A stretch of DNA of 64,000 nucleotides from Aulosira sp. ZfuVER01 (GCA_034530615.2 JAVRCV020000053.1:81048-145047), one strand, 5' to 3'. Numbered from the stretch's first letter, positions 51,326 through 61,968 are shown. The notes: generated by a model not told the origin, from the sequence alone. A program made the numbers and translations.

Positions 51326-52819
51326 TCACGGTAGCCAATGAGGTGCGAATCCATCTAGGGGAAGCTTCTCTGGCTTGATTTCGGCAGTAGTGGTATCAGC
51401 GATGGGCATTAGAGGCATTAACCATAGGCTACTAGTAGCGATCGCTTCTCCATCATCAGTTTTTAAACTACTTGCAGATGGTGCAGTAGCTTGCTGTGCT
51501 ACTACTTGGTCAAATAATAAGCCTAAACCATCTGGTGATAGGCTCATTTGCACGTTCCGCTGCGCGATTGGCAGCACCAGCAGTGGTTTTTGTTGTGCGG
51601 TTTTCAGATCAATTGCCACTAAATAAGGCTGTTCTATGTATTGTTCCTTTGATACTAACTGTGTTAGCAAACAGTAAAGGGTGGGAGAAGCTGGATCGAA
51701 TTGGCAATTGAGAATTTCACCTGTTGTTTTTAACAAGGGTTTTTGAATCCCTTGGTTAGTCACCAAAAATAAATCTCGCGTGTAATCTGTATTAAATTTG
51801 ACCATCGCTGCTTGCGAGCCATCTTTAGAGAAAGCTTGGACTAACCCAAACTGCGGCAGGAAGTCTAAAGGTTTGCTAGCATCCCCCTGTAAAGGTAAAA
51901 TTGCTGCTCCCTGGCCTTGGGCAACTGCTACAGCTTTACTATCAGGTGTAATCATAAAGTCTCCCCCTGGCTGGCTTTTTAGGGGTTTAGCAGTGGGTTT
52001 TTCTCCAGATTTATCGCTAGCTGTTGGCATTACCCACAGCCCAAAATCGCCAGGATTAGACTTGTTTCCTCGCTGGATGACAATTGTTTGCCCATCTGGC
52101 GATAAGTCAAATTTCAGGTTTTGGTAGTCTTTACTATCTAAAATTAGGTCAACTCTACCTGGCGCTTGTGCTTGTTGACCAACTTTGCTAGAAATACCCG
52201 TTGTAACTGTGTATAGTTGAGCCGAAAGTAAGTCTGAATTTTTACTAGTACGAGCCGAAAATAAAATTTTCTCTCCATCTGGAAATGGCTCAAAGTCCAT
52301 GACAATCAAATCTTTGGGTGTAAGAACCTTTTTTTGCTCCTGGGTTAAGTTGTAGACAATTAACTGTCCCTGTTCTTCTGGATTAACGCCTATATAAAGA
52401 ATCGCGCGATCGCGCGTGCGAAAGTTACCCGTAAAAGGCTGAACTCCCCTATTTGTCCCTGCTTTCTGGGCAAATTGATCTTTGGCTCCCTGCAACTGGA
52501 CTTTATAGTTAGTACCGTAGGGTGCGGGTGTCAAAAGTGTATAAACCATCCGCCGCCCTGCCCAACTTACTTTACCAGCTAGAGGCGGTTCAATTTTCAA
52601 GTTCTCCTCTACACTTTTAGTGTCCATTGGGCGGCTAAAAGTCAGAGTGAAGGATACATCTTCTGACCCAATTTGCTGATTTTGCCAGGTGAAGTTTCGC
52701 ACCTTCGGCTTTACTGCATCACCTTGCCAGATCACCAACCCAATCAGCAAACTCAGCAGCAGCATTAATGCGATCGCCACGCGATCTAGTGGTTGGATAA
52801 ATGCTTTAGATTTAGTCAT
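51326..52819 (-). CDS. Periplasmic Ig-like plus TolB-like beta-propeller protein
   Basis: N-terminal TM, LTFSRPMD, repeated SPDG/FSKDG motifs; third gene of the permease cluster. Confidence 0.8.
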   Translation of the reverse strand: MTKSKAFIQPLDRVAIALMLLLSLLIGLVIWQGDAVKPKVRNFTWQNQQIGSEDVSFTLTFSRPMDTKSVEENLKIEPPLAGKVSWAGRRMVYTLLTPAPYGTNYKVQLQGAKDQFAQKAGTNRGVQPFTGNFRTRDRAILYIGVNPEEQGQLIVYNLTQEQKKVLTPKDLIVMDFEPFPDGEKILFSARTSKNSDLLSAQLYTVTTGISSKVGQQAQAPGRVDLILDSKDYQNLKFDLSPDGQTIVIQRGNKSNPGDFGLWVMPTASDKSGEKPTAKPLKSQPGGDFMITPDSKAVAVAQGQGAAILPLQGDASKPLDFLPQFGLVQAFSKDGSQAAMVKFNTDYTRDLFLVTNQGIQKPLLKTTGEILNCQFDPASPTLYCLLTQLVSKEQYIEQPYLVAIDLKTAQQKPLLVLPIAQRNVQMSLSPDGLGLLFDQVVAQQATAPSASSLKTDDGEAIATSSLWLMPLMPIADTTTAEIKPEKLPLDGFAPHWLP

Positions 52820-52858
52820 TGGTCATTTGTCATTTGTCATTGGACTGTGGACTGTTGA

Positions 52859-53653
52859 CTAATAAACATAAGGATTTTTAGGTTGGGGAATGCTCTTAAG
52901 GGAATTAGCGGCGATGGTGAGTTGGCGTTTGCCTGAGAGCGTTTCTGTGATCATTTGTCCTTCTACTTCCAGCCAAGTATCAGCTGGGTACTGATGAAGA
53001 GTGTCTGTAAGTTTTACGGGTAATCCTGCGGGATAGGCATCTGCGGCACAGCAAGTGATGACAAACCTGGCCAAGAACAAATATTCTTTCCCTAGTTCTG
53101 GTGGGTGAATCACAAACCCCTGCACTTTGACTTTTTGCCCAGTATATGCGTCTGGTTCTGGATAGACATTAAGCGTGCGTACCCAATCTACGAGCGATCG
53201 CTCCTCTGGGCGAATGGTAGCGCGAAATGCTTGGGGTTGGGCGCGGGTTGCCGCAACTAACTCAGTTACACCGCGATCGAGGGCGGTTTGGCTGGCAAAG
53301 ACACGGGGGGTAATGATTAATCCTAAAATGGCTGCGGTTAACAGCAAAGCACTACCCCAACCAGGAGGAAATAATGTTAAATGCTGGGGGTTGGGTACCT
53401 CATCTCGAGGTCGTCGCTGCCAAAGTTGCCCAGCTTTGAAAAAACCGACAATTAGCAAACCAACAGCACCCAAAATTGCTAACCAAAAATAATCGGGGTG
53501 AATCAATAAGTTCAGTTTGCCACTCACCCAGTATTTTAAGATTAAAATTCCCCAAGCTATAATTGCCAAAACATCCAGCCAAGACATTAACAGATTGCGG
53601 AGTTTAGATTTAGGATTTGGTTTGGAATTCAGGGGTAAAGAGTCATTTGTCAT
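52859..53653 (-). CDS. TIGR03943-type putative permease subunit
   Basis: LLIHP and ARFVITCCAADA motifs. Confidence 0.88.
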   Translation of the reverse strand: MTNDSLPLNSKPNPKSKLRNLLMSWLDVLAIIAWGILILKYWVSGKLNLLIHPDYFWLAILGAVGLLIVGFFKAGQLWQRRPRDEVPNPQHLTLFPPGWGSALLLTAAILGLIITPRVFASQTALDRGVTELVAATRAQPQAFRATIRPEERSLVDWVRTLNVYPEPDAYTGQKVKVQGFVIHPPELGKEYLFLARFVITCCAADAYPAGLPVKLTDTLHQYPADTWLEVEGQMITETLSGKRQLTIAANSLKSIPQPKNPYVY

Positions 53654-53697
53654 TTGTCATGTGTCCTTTATCATTGGACTCTTGCCTATTGCCTTTT

Positions 53698-53757
53698 GTA
53701 CGAGCGGGTTTAACCCACATATCTGCCAAATGAACATTTCACAAAACCCGCCCCTAC
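53698..53757. repeat. Long-loop REP-like element GTACGAGCGGGTTT..AAACCCGCCCCTAC
   Basis: Inverted arms with GTA./CTAC ends. Confidence 0.6.
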
Positions 53758-53775
53758 AACTCTTGACTAATTGAT

Positions 53776-54846
53776 TTACAGAACGTGCAAATTCAAGAAT
53801 AAGGTGAATAGAAATGTGAGTAACCCTGCTAAAGCAAATAGATAAAATAAAGCCTTGGCTTTGAAAATTGATAACATCAAACCAATACCTTTGATGTCAA
53901 TCATGGGGCCAAAGACCAGAAAAGCTAAGAGAGAACCGCTGGTAAAGGTCGAGGCGAAAGAAAGCGCAAAGAAAGAATCAACAGTAGAACAAATTGACAC
54001 TGCTGCTGCTAATATCAGCATGGCCACAATTGAACTAATCGGGCCAGCACCCAGACTAAGAATTACTTCCCTTGGTGCTAGTACTTGAATGGTAGCTGCG
54101 ATCGCACTTCCGAGAACCATTACTCCGCCCAATTCCCGTAGTTCTTGGACGATATTATCTACTACCAAACGCAGTTTATCTGAGAGGGGTTTACTGTTAG
54201 GAGATGATGGAGTCGTTCCTGGGATTAAATTATTATCTATTCGTGTAGTTAAGCTGGATTTTCCTCCTAGTATATAAGTTCCAGATTTCAACAAAGTAGA
54301 ACCTGTCGTATCCTGTTGTGTTTGATAACGTCGCCCCCGGCGTGTCGGTTCAGGTTGCGCTGGGGGATTAAACTTGAGGTAACGAGCGATCGCTGGTTGG
54401 ACAATTGGACTCAAGTCTTTTTGAAAACTGAAAACATAACCAACAATTGTCGCGATTACTAAAGAAAATACGATGCGTAAGACGACTATTTCTGGTTGAT
54501 CTCGAAACGCCGTCCAAGTTGCCCAAATCACAATGGGGTTAATTGTTGGCGCTGCTAGTAAAAAACCTATTGCTACTGGTGTGGGTACTCCCTGCATCAG
54601 CAAGCGCCGCGCTACCGGCACATTACCGCACTCACACACCGGAAACAAAAAGCCGATTGTGCTACCAAATAAAGCTCCCAGTAGTGGGTTTTTGGGCATT
54701 TTTTCTACCAGTTTGCGCTCATCTACAAAAAATAGCAGCACACTGGAGAATAAAACTCCCAGAAGCAAAAAAGGCATCGCCTCGACTAGCAGACTCAGAA
54801 ATAGGGTGAAACCATTGTTCAGTTGATTCATGGGTGTCGCAGTCAA
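53776..54846 (-). CDS. DUF318/ArsP-like permease
   Basis: FPVCECGNVPV, ICSTVD and GPMID motifs. Confidence 0.9.
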   Translation of the reverse strand: MTATPMNQLNNGFTLFLSLLVEAMPFLLLGVLFSSVLLFFVDERKLVEKMPKNPLLGALFGSTIGFLFPVCECGNVPVARRLLMQGVPTPVAIGFLLAAPTINPIVIWATWTAFRDQPEIVVLRIVFSLVIATIVGYVFSFQKDLSPIVQPAIARYLKFNPPAQPEPTRRGRRYQTQQDTTGSTLLKSGTYILGGKSSLTTRIDNNLIPGTTPSSPNSKPLSDKLRLVVDNIVQELRELGGVMVLGSAIAATIQVLAPREVILSLGAGPISSIVAMLILAAAVSICSTVDSFFALSFASTFTSGSLLAFLVFGPMIDIKGIGLMLSIFKAKALFYLFALAGLLTFLFTLFLNLHVL

Positions 54847-55380
54847 AAGCGGTTTGGAGTTTTTAGGTTATGCCTTGTCATTTTATCGGAATGGGGATCA
54901 AAAGCAGATGAGGACGATTTAAGCTCATTTCAGCCAAAAGTTGATCTGGGGTTTATACTAACGCTTTAGCATTACAAAGCCATAGCTACTCAACGTTAAT
55001 TGTGTTTGCTTGGGTGGATTTACTGACCATTACCATTCTGAAGAATATCTATCTTTATAAATGGTTCCAATTATATAGGGTAATCACTTAATGTACTATA
55101 TTTAATTCCCTATGTTTATACTTACTGCAATTTTCCTAGTAAGCGTGTTAGCTTCCACGGATTTTTATAAAGGGTTTACAGTTTTTAAACATTTGGGGAG
55201 AAATATTATTTAATTTTTGGCAACATTTCATACTAGAGTTAGCTGCCAGACAAAGATTTAACATCATACGTTCCGTAGTGTTGAATGGCAATAACTCAAG
55301 CTAAGGATTGAACAAAGACGGGCAGAGGCTAGAATGTTAGCTTATTGATTGCTAGTTTTTATACAAAGTAAGAGTCTCCA

Positions 55381-56739
55381 GTGCCACAAGATTTCAGTTC
55401 CCAAATATCACCACCATTTTTATCTCAGGGTAGCGATCGCGATCTCAGTTTAGAGTCAACTCTCCAGGAACTGTCAATGTACAACTTCCAAGTGGAACTT
55501 AGCTGTACCGCCATAGAAGTTGCACGAATTTTTGAAAAATACCCTTTGCTACCAGGCGCAATCTTACGAGAACAGGGAAAGTTCATCGGGATGATTTCGC
55601 GGCGACGACTGCTGGAATTTTGGGTTCGTCCCTACGGAAAAGAGCTGTTTTTCCGGGAACCGCTGAGTATGCTCTATAGCTATGCACGAATATCGATTTT
55701 GCAACTTCCAGAGACGACACCAATTTTGACGGCGATGCAACTTACCTTGAGGCGATCGCCTGAACTTGTGGCAGAGCCGATGGTGGTACAAACTGCACCT
55801 GATACTTATAAGTTATTAGATGTATATGAACTGAATTTGGCTTCCTGGCAAATTCGTGGCATAGAAACTCAAGTGCGCTATGAACGCAGCCAAACCCAAA
55901 TGATTCAAAATGATAAAATGGCGAGTTTGGGACGTTTGGTAGATGGGGTGGCACACGAAATTTTAGACCCCGTGAGTTTTATCTGGGGTAACTTAACTTA
56001 TGTCTCTACCTATAGCCAGGACTTGCTCAAACTTATTGCAGCTTATGACCAAGAAGCACCTGGTGTTTCCAATTATATTAATAATCTCAAAGAAGAGATT
56101 GAATTTGATTTTTTAGAAGAAGATTTATCAAAAGCACTAGCTAGTATCCGCACTGGAGCAGAAAGATTAAAAAAACTCGTCACTAGTTTACAAAATTTTT
56201 GCCATATCGATGATGTTTATCCCAAGCCAGGAGATTTACACGCTTGTTTAGATAGTATTGTCTTATTAATTAATAGCCGGATTCAAGGAGAAATTGAGAT
56301 AGTTAAAAACTATGGACACTTGCCACCAGTCTATTGCTTTATGGGGCAATTAAGTCAAGTATTAATGAATATTTTTACTGAATCAATAGATAGCTTGCTG
56401 AATGAAATTGTGCGCTATCAATTTCAGCCAGAGAATACAAATACTATTGAAAAACCGCGAATTGAAATTACTACAAAAATCATTCCTCGGGAAGCGACCA
56501 AACCAGGAGCGCCCGATTCTCGCTGGGTCTCTATTTGCATTGCTGACAATGGGCCTGGTATGTCTTTGCAGTTACAACAGCAAATTATTGAATCTTTCTC
56601 AATGGAGAAACGGTCTGAGAAAATAACTAGTTTAGCTGTCAGTTATCGAATTATTACTGCTAAACATGGAGGTAAATTGAATTTGCGATCGCAACTAGGT
56701 CAAGGTACAGAATTTGAAATTTTATTACCCTTGCTGTGA
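55381..56739 (+). CDS. Sensor histidine kinase with an N-terminal CBS-like domain
   Basis: KMASLGRLVDGVAHEI H-box; QVLMN; IADNGPG; GQGTEF. Confidence 0.9.
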   Translation: MPQDFSSQISPPFLSQGSDRDLSLESTLQELSMYNFQVELSCTAIEVARIFEKYPLLPGAILREQGKFIGMISRRRLLEFWVRPYGKELFFREPLSMLYSYARISILQLPETTPILTAMQLTLRRSPELVAEPMVVQTAPDTYKLLDVYELNLASWQIRGIETQVRYERSQTQMIQNDKMASLGRLVDGVAHEILDPVSFIWGNLTYVSTYSQDLLKLIAAYDQEAPGVSNYINNLKEEIEFDFLEEDLSKALASIRTGAERLKKLVTSLQNFCHIDDVYPKPGDLHACLDSIVLLINSRIQGEIEIVKNYGHLPPVYCFMGQLSQVLMNIFTESIDSLLNEIVRYQFQPENTNTIEKPRIEITTKIIPREATKPGAPDSRWVSICIADNGPGMSLQLQQQIIESFSMEKRSEKITSLAVSYRIITAKHGGKLNLRSQLGQGTEFEILLPLL

Positions 56740-56913
56740 TGAAATTGGTGAAAATACTGCTTGATAAAGATAAGATTAGCGATCGCACCCTAGACTAACT
56801 ATAAGTTCGCTATCACAGGCTTTCTTGATACACTATGGGCGAGGCGATCGCTTGAGTTTGCTCAGGTTACATTTTTAGCAACTTTTGGCGCAAGCTGCGA
56901 AAACTCATCAAAT

Positions 56914-57021
56914 TTATCTGCTTAAACCATCATATCTATTTGGGTCTTTTTTCTCCTTTTTTTTATCAGGATCTTTTTTGGGTTTCTTGACTTCTCTGTT
57001 TCCCTTTTTTTCCTTAGACAT
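56914..57021 (-). CDS. 35-aa lysine-rich peptide (not in ORF track)
   Basis: MSKEKKGNREVKKPKKDPDKKKEKKDPNRYDGLSR with a GGAGAG RBS. Confidence 0.6.
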   Translation of the reverse strand: MSKEKKGNREVKKPKKDPDKKKEKKDPNRYDGLSR

Positions 57022-57088
57022 TATTTCTCTCCCAATATAGTAATCAGTAAAATTTAGCTATAGAGCTAATCAACAGCTAATCAACAAA

Positions 57089-57265
57089 CTACAGAATATT
57101 CCAGAAGTGCAGAAAGCCGTGACCGGAAAATGCTTCAATCATTATGACGGCTACAAAGCCTATCATTGCTAGACGACCGTTCAAAATTTCCGATTGAGTA
57201 GTAAAACCCCCAAACCAAGCATTGCGTTGATTTGAACTCACTTTATCTTGTGTCGTGTTTGGCAT
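57089..57265 (-). CDS. High-light-inducible protein (HLIP/SCP), 58 aa (not in ORF track)
   Basis: GFTTQSEILNGRLAMIGF chlorophyll-binding ExxNxR motif. Confidence 0.92.
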   Translation of the reverse strand: MPNTTQDKVSSNQRNAWFGGFTTQSEILNGRLAMIGFVAVIMIEAFSGHGFLHFWNIL

Positions 57266-57399
57266 AAATATGGCTCTAAATTTTTCAATTTCTTGTAGGA
57301 TTTAGTCTCGAATAAATCCACGATTTTGCGAAGCTAGTAACAGAAAGTTCTAGCTACAAAAAATCATTACCCTACTGCACACCAAGTTTTTCCCAACTG

Positions 57400-57600
57400 G
57401 CGATTAAGCCTGCTGATATTTTTTCTCTCAGGTTTATCCAACTTAAATTGGCAGTACCTGAATTTGAATTTTTCAAATTTGCTCCAGTAAAATATACTTC
57501 CCTGAAATTGGCTTGAAATTAGGCTGATTTCTCTCAGATTTGCCTGCCTAAAATTTCTTCTTTCACTGGCTGCATATAGGTTTAAACTTCCTTGGCATCC
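57400..57600 (-). pseudogene. Pentapeptide-repeat protein remnant
   Basis: ERRNFRQANLREISL in one frame, GANLKNSNSGTANLSWINLRE in another. Confidence 0.55.
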
Positions 57601-57864
57601 ATATTGGTTGCCTCGCAATGTGTAGCGTTATCGCTTTTTATCTATTTTTAATTGTATGACATAATCTGCAATTTTGCTCAAATTGCAGATTTATATAAAC
57701 TGGCTGCTAGAATCTACCTCTATCTTTCTATTCTAGAAGACCACGGAATTTTTTAGCTGAACAGGTTGCTTATACATATTCAAAAAATATTTTTAGGATA
57801 TCAAGCTCAAAAACTTGTTAGCTATACTTCTGGCAGTCTTCTAATTTCATCAAAATTACATTAT

Positions 57865-59364
57865 TTACAATGTCGCTTGCAGTAAATTTTCTCCACGTTG
57901 GTAAATTTCTCTGGCATAATCAGTCCAAGTGCCATGTCCCCAATAACGAAAACAGCTAGTTTGTAGCAATAAATTATGTAGGAGAAGATTGCGGTAACTA
58001 GATTGCTTAGTTATAGATTCTGCTGTTGAATCAACTAATAATTTATCCACCTTTTCATGGAACGAACTGCTTAATTGATACATGGGAGATAGAACATTTT
58101 CATATCCCTTCACCCAACTTATATGATTAGTCCATGAAGCTCCATCTAGATGAAAATTGGGGTTGGTTTGCTTTAATTCTAGGATGGCATTTTCTACAGC
58201 TTCAGGTTGACAATTCTCAGGTGAAACTCGCTCCCAAATATAATGTTGCCCTGTTGGTTGGCAAGTAGGATAATCTTCAGGTTTGCACCCAGCCGCTTCT
58301 ATTAATTCTAAATATTCTGTACCACACATTCCAACTACGCCTGCTTTTCCGCCACCATGATTTACCATGTCCCACCAAGCTTGTTTGAAAGCGCTGGGAA
58401 ACTCATTCATCATCACACCCCCATTTTCGCCATCTCCTATTTGGCTAACGATAGGTGGTACTAACACAGTGCCAACTTGTTGTTTAGATAGGGTTTTGGC
58501 TTCATAGTAAGGTTGCATCTGAGCAACTAATTTAGTGTCAGAACCTTGGGTTTTAATTAAAGCGGTGATACTAATTGTTTCGCCTAGAGAATTGCGGGCA
58601 ATTAAACGGTGTGGTAAATGTTTGTAGCTCAGAGGTTGTCCGCTAATTGTTTCTACAGAATGTTCTTGAACGAGTAGCCAACGATATCCACATTCTTTGA
58701 GTGCTTTGACAAATTCAAATAGAGTATCAGGATGATTTGGCAGGTGCATTTCTGGTGGGGAGAATCCTTTAACTCGTGCTAGGGCTTCCCAACCAAAAAT
58801 TGCGGCGAAATGATGTTGCCATGCCACAATTTGCAATTTAATGTCTGCTATGGGGGTGGAAGGAATCACTGCATGGCTCCACATTGTACCCAACCACTCT
58901 ACATAAGGTTGATAGGTTGGATCGCAAGTTATCCGTTTGAGGTTATCTATAATATCACTGCGTCCCATCTGCGTGAGTCCCCAGAAAAGATTACCAGAGT
59001 AATCCAACATGACGCGGGGATTGCAACCTTGACTGACGAGTTCGGGAATAAAATCGCCCATGCGGCTGTAACAATAGGCAAAAGGCCCAGCATTATGGTT
59101 ATCACCTTCGCCTTGATGTTCAAACATATATTGCAGATTGCTAATCAGTCCTCCATCATACCCAGCAGGTATGGTTGGCTGGTGCATGTGTAAGGCGATC
59201 GCAAATCCTGCGTTAATATCTTCTAAACGAAGATTTGTACTTTGTAAAAATACGGGTGCATCATGGTTTACTACCGAGAGAACCTCTGTTTCCCAACCAG
59301 AAATATTCGGTAAGCCATCGATAATTTCGGGCAAAGCAGGGAGAGTGTGAGGTAATGTCAGCAT
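57865..59364 (-). CDS. Glycoside hydrolase family 57
   Basis: LHMHQP, GFSPPEM, DGENGG and TSCFRYWG motifs. Confidence 0.9.
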   Translation of the reverse strand: MLTLPHTLPALPEIIDGLPNISGWETEVLSVVNHDAPVFLQSTNLRLEDINAGFAIALHMHQPTIPAGYDGGLISNLQYMFEHQGEGDNHNAGPFAYCYSRMGDFIPELVSQGCNPRVMLDYSGNLFWGLTQMGRSDIIDNLKRITCDPTYQPYVEWLGTMWSHAVIPSTPIADIKLQIVAWQHHFAAIFGWEALARVKGFSPPEMHLPNHPDTLFEFVKALKECGYRWLLVQEHSVETISGQPLSYKHLPHRLIARNSLGETISITALIKTQGSDTKLVAQMQPYYEAKTLSKQQVGTVLVPPIVSQIGDGENGGVMMNEFPSAFKQAWWDMVNHGGGKAGVVGMCGTEYLELIEAAGCKPEDYPTCQPTGQHYIWERVSPENCQPEAVENAILELKQTNPNFHLDGASWTNHISWVKGYENVLSPMYQLSSSFHEKVDKLLVDSTAESITKQSSYRNLLLHNLLLQTSCFRYWGHGTWTDYAREIYQRGENLLQATL

Positions 59365-59411
59365 TTCTGGTTGCTCCGAAGGGCACAAAGTTGTTGTGCC
59401 CCTAGTGTATG

Positions 59412-60293
59412 TTACTTACGTGCAGATACGAAAGAAACCATGTTTCTGGATAAGAGCAAATCGCGTGTGAACAGGCTGAGTTTTTGGGTAAGTGCGCTTA
59501 GTAGATTAGGCTGTTTGTGTTTGAAAGCTAGCGGAGTTGCCATTTGTAAAATCGGCTCTAGCAACCAAGGTGTAAGACGTTGACACCAAACGGCTAAATG
59601 ACTTTGCCATCCCACTAAAATTTCTGGTGCATCTCTTTGCAAGCCAGCGACAAACGTTTGGGCGACTTGCTGGGGAGTCATTGGTATTACCCAGCGAAAT
59701 AATTGGAAGCCACGCACCATGTCTGTGTCTGTGAGGGAAGGTAGTAATGCTTGCACCTGAATATTGTATGGTGCAAGTTCCTGGCGTAAGGCTTGAGTAA
59801 ATCCTAAAATTGCAAACTTGGTAGCTGAATAAGTCGCCATTGTGGGTGCAGCTATTTTCCCCATCAAGCTGGACACATTCACAATTGTCCCTTGTCTGTG
59901 GTTAGCCATGCGTCGAGCCACCAGACTAGTTAGGTTGTACATCCCCAATAAATTTAGGGAGATTTCTTCTTGAACCTGGGGCAGTTTACATTGCAAAAAC
60001 GAATTTTGGTATGCGACTCCCGCACAATTAACCAATAGATGAATCGGGCCATGATTGCGCCAAAGTTGAGCAACGGCAATATTCACTTCAATTGTTTGAG
60101 TTAAATCTATCGGTACGATGGTGGCAGCGGTGCCCAGTGCTTCGATTTCTTGGGCTACTTGGGCTAACTTTTGGCGATCGCGTGCCAATAATATCACACG
60201 CTTGATACGTTGCTGTGCTAATTCGAGAGCGATCGCACGCCCAATTCCACGAGAAGCCCCAGTAATTAGGGCAACCTTACCTTGAATCTTCAT
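59412..60293 (-). CDS. SDR family oxidoreductase
   Basis: TGASRGIG, NCAG and YSATK motifs. Confidence 0.93.
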   Translation of the reverse strand: MKIQGKVALITGASRGIGRAIALELAQQRIKRVILLARDRQKLAQVAQEIEALGTAATIVPIDLTQTIEVNIAVAQLWRNHGPIHLLVNCAGVAYQNSFLQCKLPQVQEEISLNLLGMYNLTSLVARRMANHRQGTIVNVSSLMGKIAAPTMATYSATKFAILGFTQALRQELAPYNIQVQALLPSLTDTDMVRGFQLFRWVIPMTPQQVAQTFVAGLQRDAPEILVGWQSHLAVWCQRLTPWLLEPILQMATPLAFKHKQPNLLSALTQKLSLFTRDLLLSRNMVSFVSARK

Positions 60294-60852
60294 GAGTTTT
60301 TACCTCCAAAATCTTCAGTCTTACCGCGTTCTCGCATCCGGAGGGTAAGACAAATTAGCAATCGTCATTCAAATCAAAACTAAGCCTGTAACCAAGGAGA
60401 TATTTCTGAGTTAAATTGCAATCCCTCATAGCTTATAAACAGCAGAAATTTCTCACTTTCTTTTCAAGAATCTACACTTCCTTCAATTGGCTGATTGGAT
60501 ATAGCTCATAGGTTTTTACATCTCCTTTATCAGAGCGTTAACCAGCTAGTTGTCATACACACGTTAACAATTTAATCAAGTTATGGCAACAATTTTTAAT
60601 AAGCATTTCTTAACACTTATTTACAACTAGTATATATATGAGCAAATTTTTAGGGATAAGTTTTTATAAATACTGCTCAAGCAATATATACATTTCTTGA
60701 CAATTACGGCAATTTGCTGGCATAAATTCCATAAAATCAACATTTGAGCTAACCTGTGACAGCTTTCGTCATCACTTAGACATTAACCGTACATATACTT
60801 TTGGAAACATCGCAGTAGCGATCGCCGTCAGCAAATTTACGAAATACAGTTG

Positions 60853-61440
60853 ATGAATACTCCTAGCCATGCGATTCTCAATCTGGTTGTTTTTAACGAA
60901 CAAACGCGAAATCAAGCAAGTCATGCGATTTTTATTGGTGCAATCTTGCCGGATGTGCCTATATTTGTGTTCTACTTCTTGATGAAGTTTGTTTATCGTC
61001 TACCATCACATCAGATTTGGTCAGAAGTTTATTATCAACCCTTTTGGCAAGCCATTATCAGTACTTTTCACTCCATTCCACTAGCACTGATTGGGGTAAT
61101 AATTGCCCATTTTTTCAATTGGAAAGTAATAGAAGTAGGGTTTATCAGTATGGTGCTGCACTCACTTTTAGATTTACCAGTGCATCACAACGATGCTCAC
61201 CGACACTTTTTTCCCTTTAGCGATTACCGTTTTATTAGCCCCATTTCTTACTGGGATCGCAACTATTACGGCGGGATCGTCGCTTTCGTAGAGATATCGT
61301 TGGTGTTAATCGCAAGTATTTATCTGTTTCCCACCATGCGCTCATACTGGAGTAAAGGACTATTATTGGCAGTCAATATATTTTACTGGAGTGCATATTT
61401 TAGGTTTTATCTGATTAAAAAAATATTCAATTTGTTGTAA
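60853..61440 (+). CDS. Membrane-bound metal-dependent hydrolase-like protein
   Basis: TPSH, LPD, FHS and LHSLLDLPVHHNDAH motifs. Confidence 0.8.
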   Translation: MNTPSHAILNLVVFNEQTRNQASHAIFIGAILPDVPIFVFYFLMKFVYRLPSHQIWSEVYYQPFWQAIISTFHSIPLALIGVIIAHFFNWKVIEVGFISMVLHSLLDLPVHHNDAHRHFFPFSDYRFISPISYWDRNYYGGIVAFVEISLVLIASIYLFPTMRSYWSKGLLLAVNIFYWSAYFRFYLIKKIFNLL

Positions 61441-61465
61441 TGTAGAGTCAATTCGCGGTACGTTA

Positions 61466-61747
61466 TTAGACTTCATCATGCGTACCTACATCAACTAAGA
61501 CGATTGCCTCTTCTTCCATATCCTCAAACTTCTGAAAATAGAAGACAATCCGAAAGTCATATTCCACAGAGCAAGACCAGAGATCTTGAAGTTCGCCTTG
61601 CAGCTTGTGGGTTTTGAGGGTAGGGGAAAATGGATCAATCTCAAGCAGACTTAGGGTTGTTAAAACTTTGGCTTGAAGTTGAGGACGATTTTTACAACGG
61701 CGTTTAAGGGCACGGCGAAAACTTTCATCGAAAATTAACACCCTCAT
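61466..61747 (-). CDS. RelE/YafQ-family toxin
   Basis: LKTHKLQGEL..WSCSVEYDFRIVF..VGTHDEV. Confidence 0.9.
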   Translation of the reverse strand: MRVLIFDESFRRALKRRCKNRPQLQAKVLTTLSLLEIDPFSPTLKTHKLQGELQDLWSCSVEYDFRIVFYFQKFEDMEEEAIVLVDVGTHDEV

Positions 61748-61968
61748 TCCTCATCCCCAAAAACACTAGCCATTAGTTCAGTGGCGTTACCTCTCTGAGC
61801 AGTACCATTGCTGACGGCTTGCATTGTTACCTTAGCGTTATGAGCAATTTCTTGGCGGCGTTTAGCAATGCGGCGTTTGTAAATCAAGTCAAATAGCACA
61901 TCTTGCTCGTCTTCTGAGAGAGCTTCCACGGACTCAATAATTGCTTGCAAAGTAGGGAGTTGAGACAT
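61744..61968 (-). CDS. Cognate antitoxin
   Basis: ATGA overlap with the toxin; IESVEALSEDEQ..RRQEIA. Confidence 0.8.
   Translation of the reverse strand: MSQLPTLQAIIESVEALSEDEQDVLFDLIYKRRIAKRRQEIAHNAKVTMQAVSNGTAQRGNATELMASVFGDEE

Noticed and set aside
59412..60293. SDR as the heterocyst regulator HetN
   Set aside because: No RGSGR motif (the equivalent region reads NHRQGTI); treated as a generic SDR.
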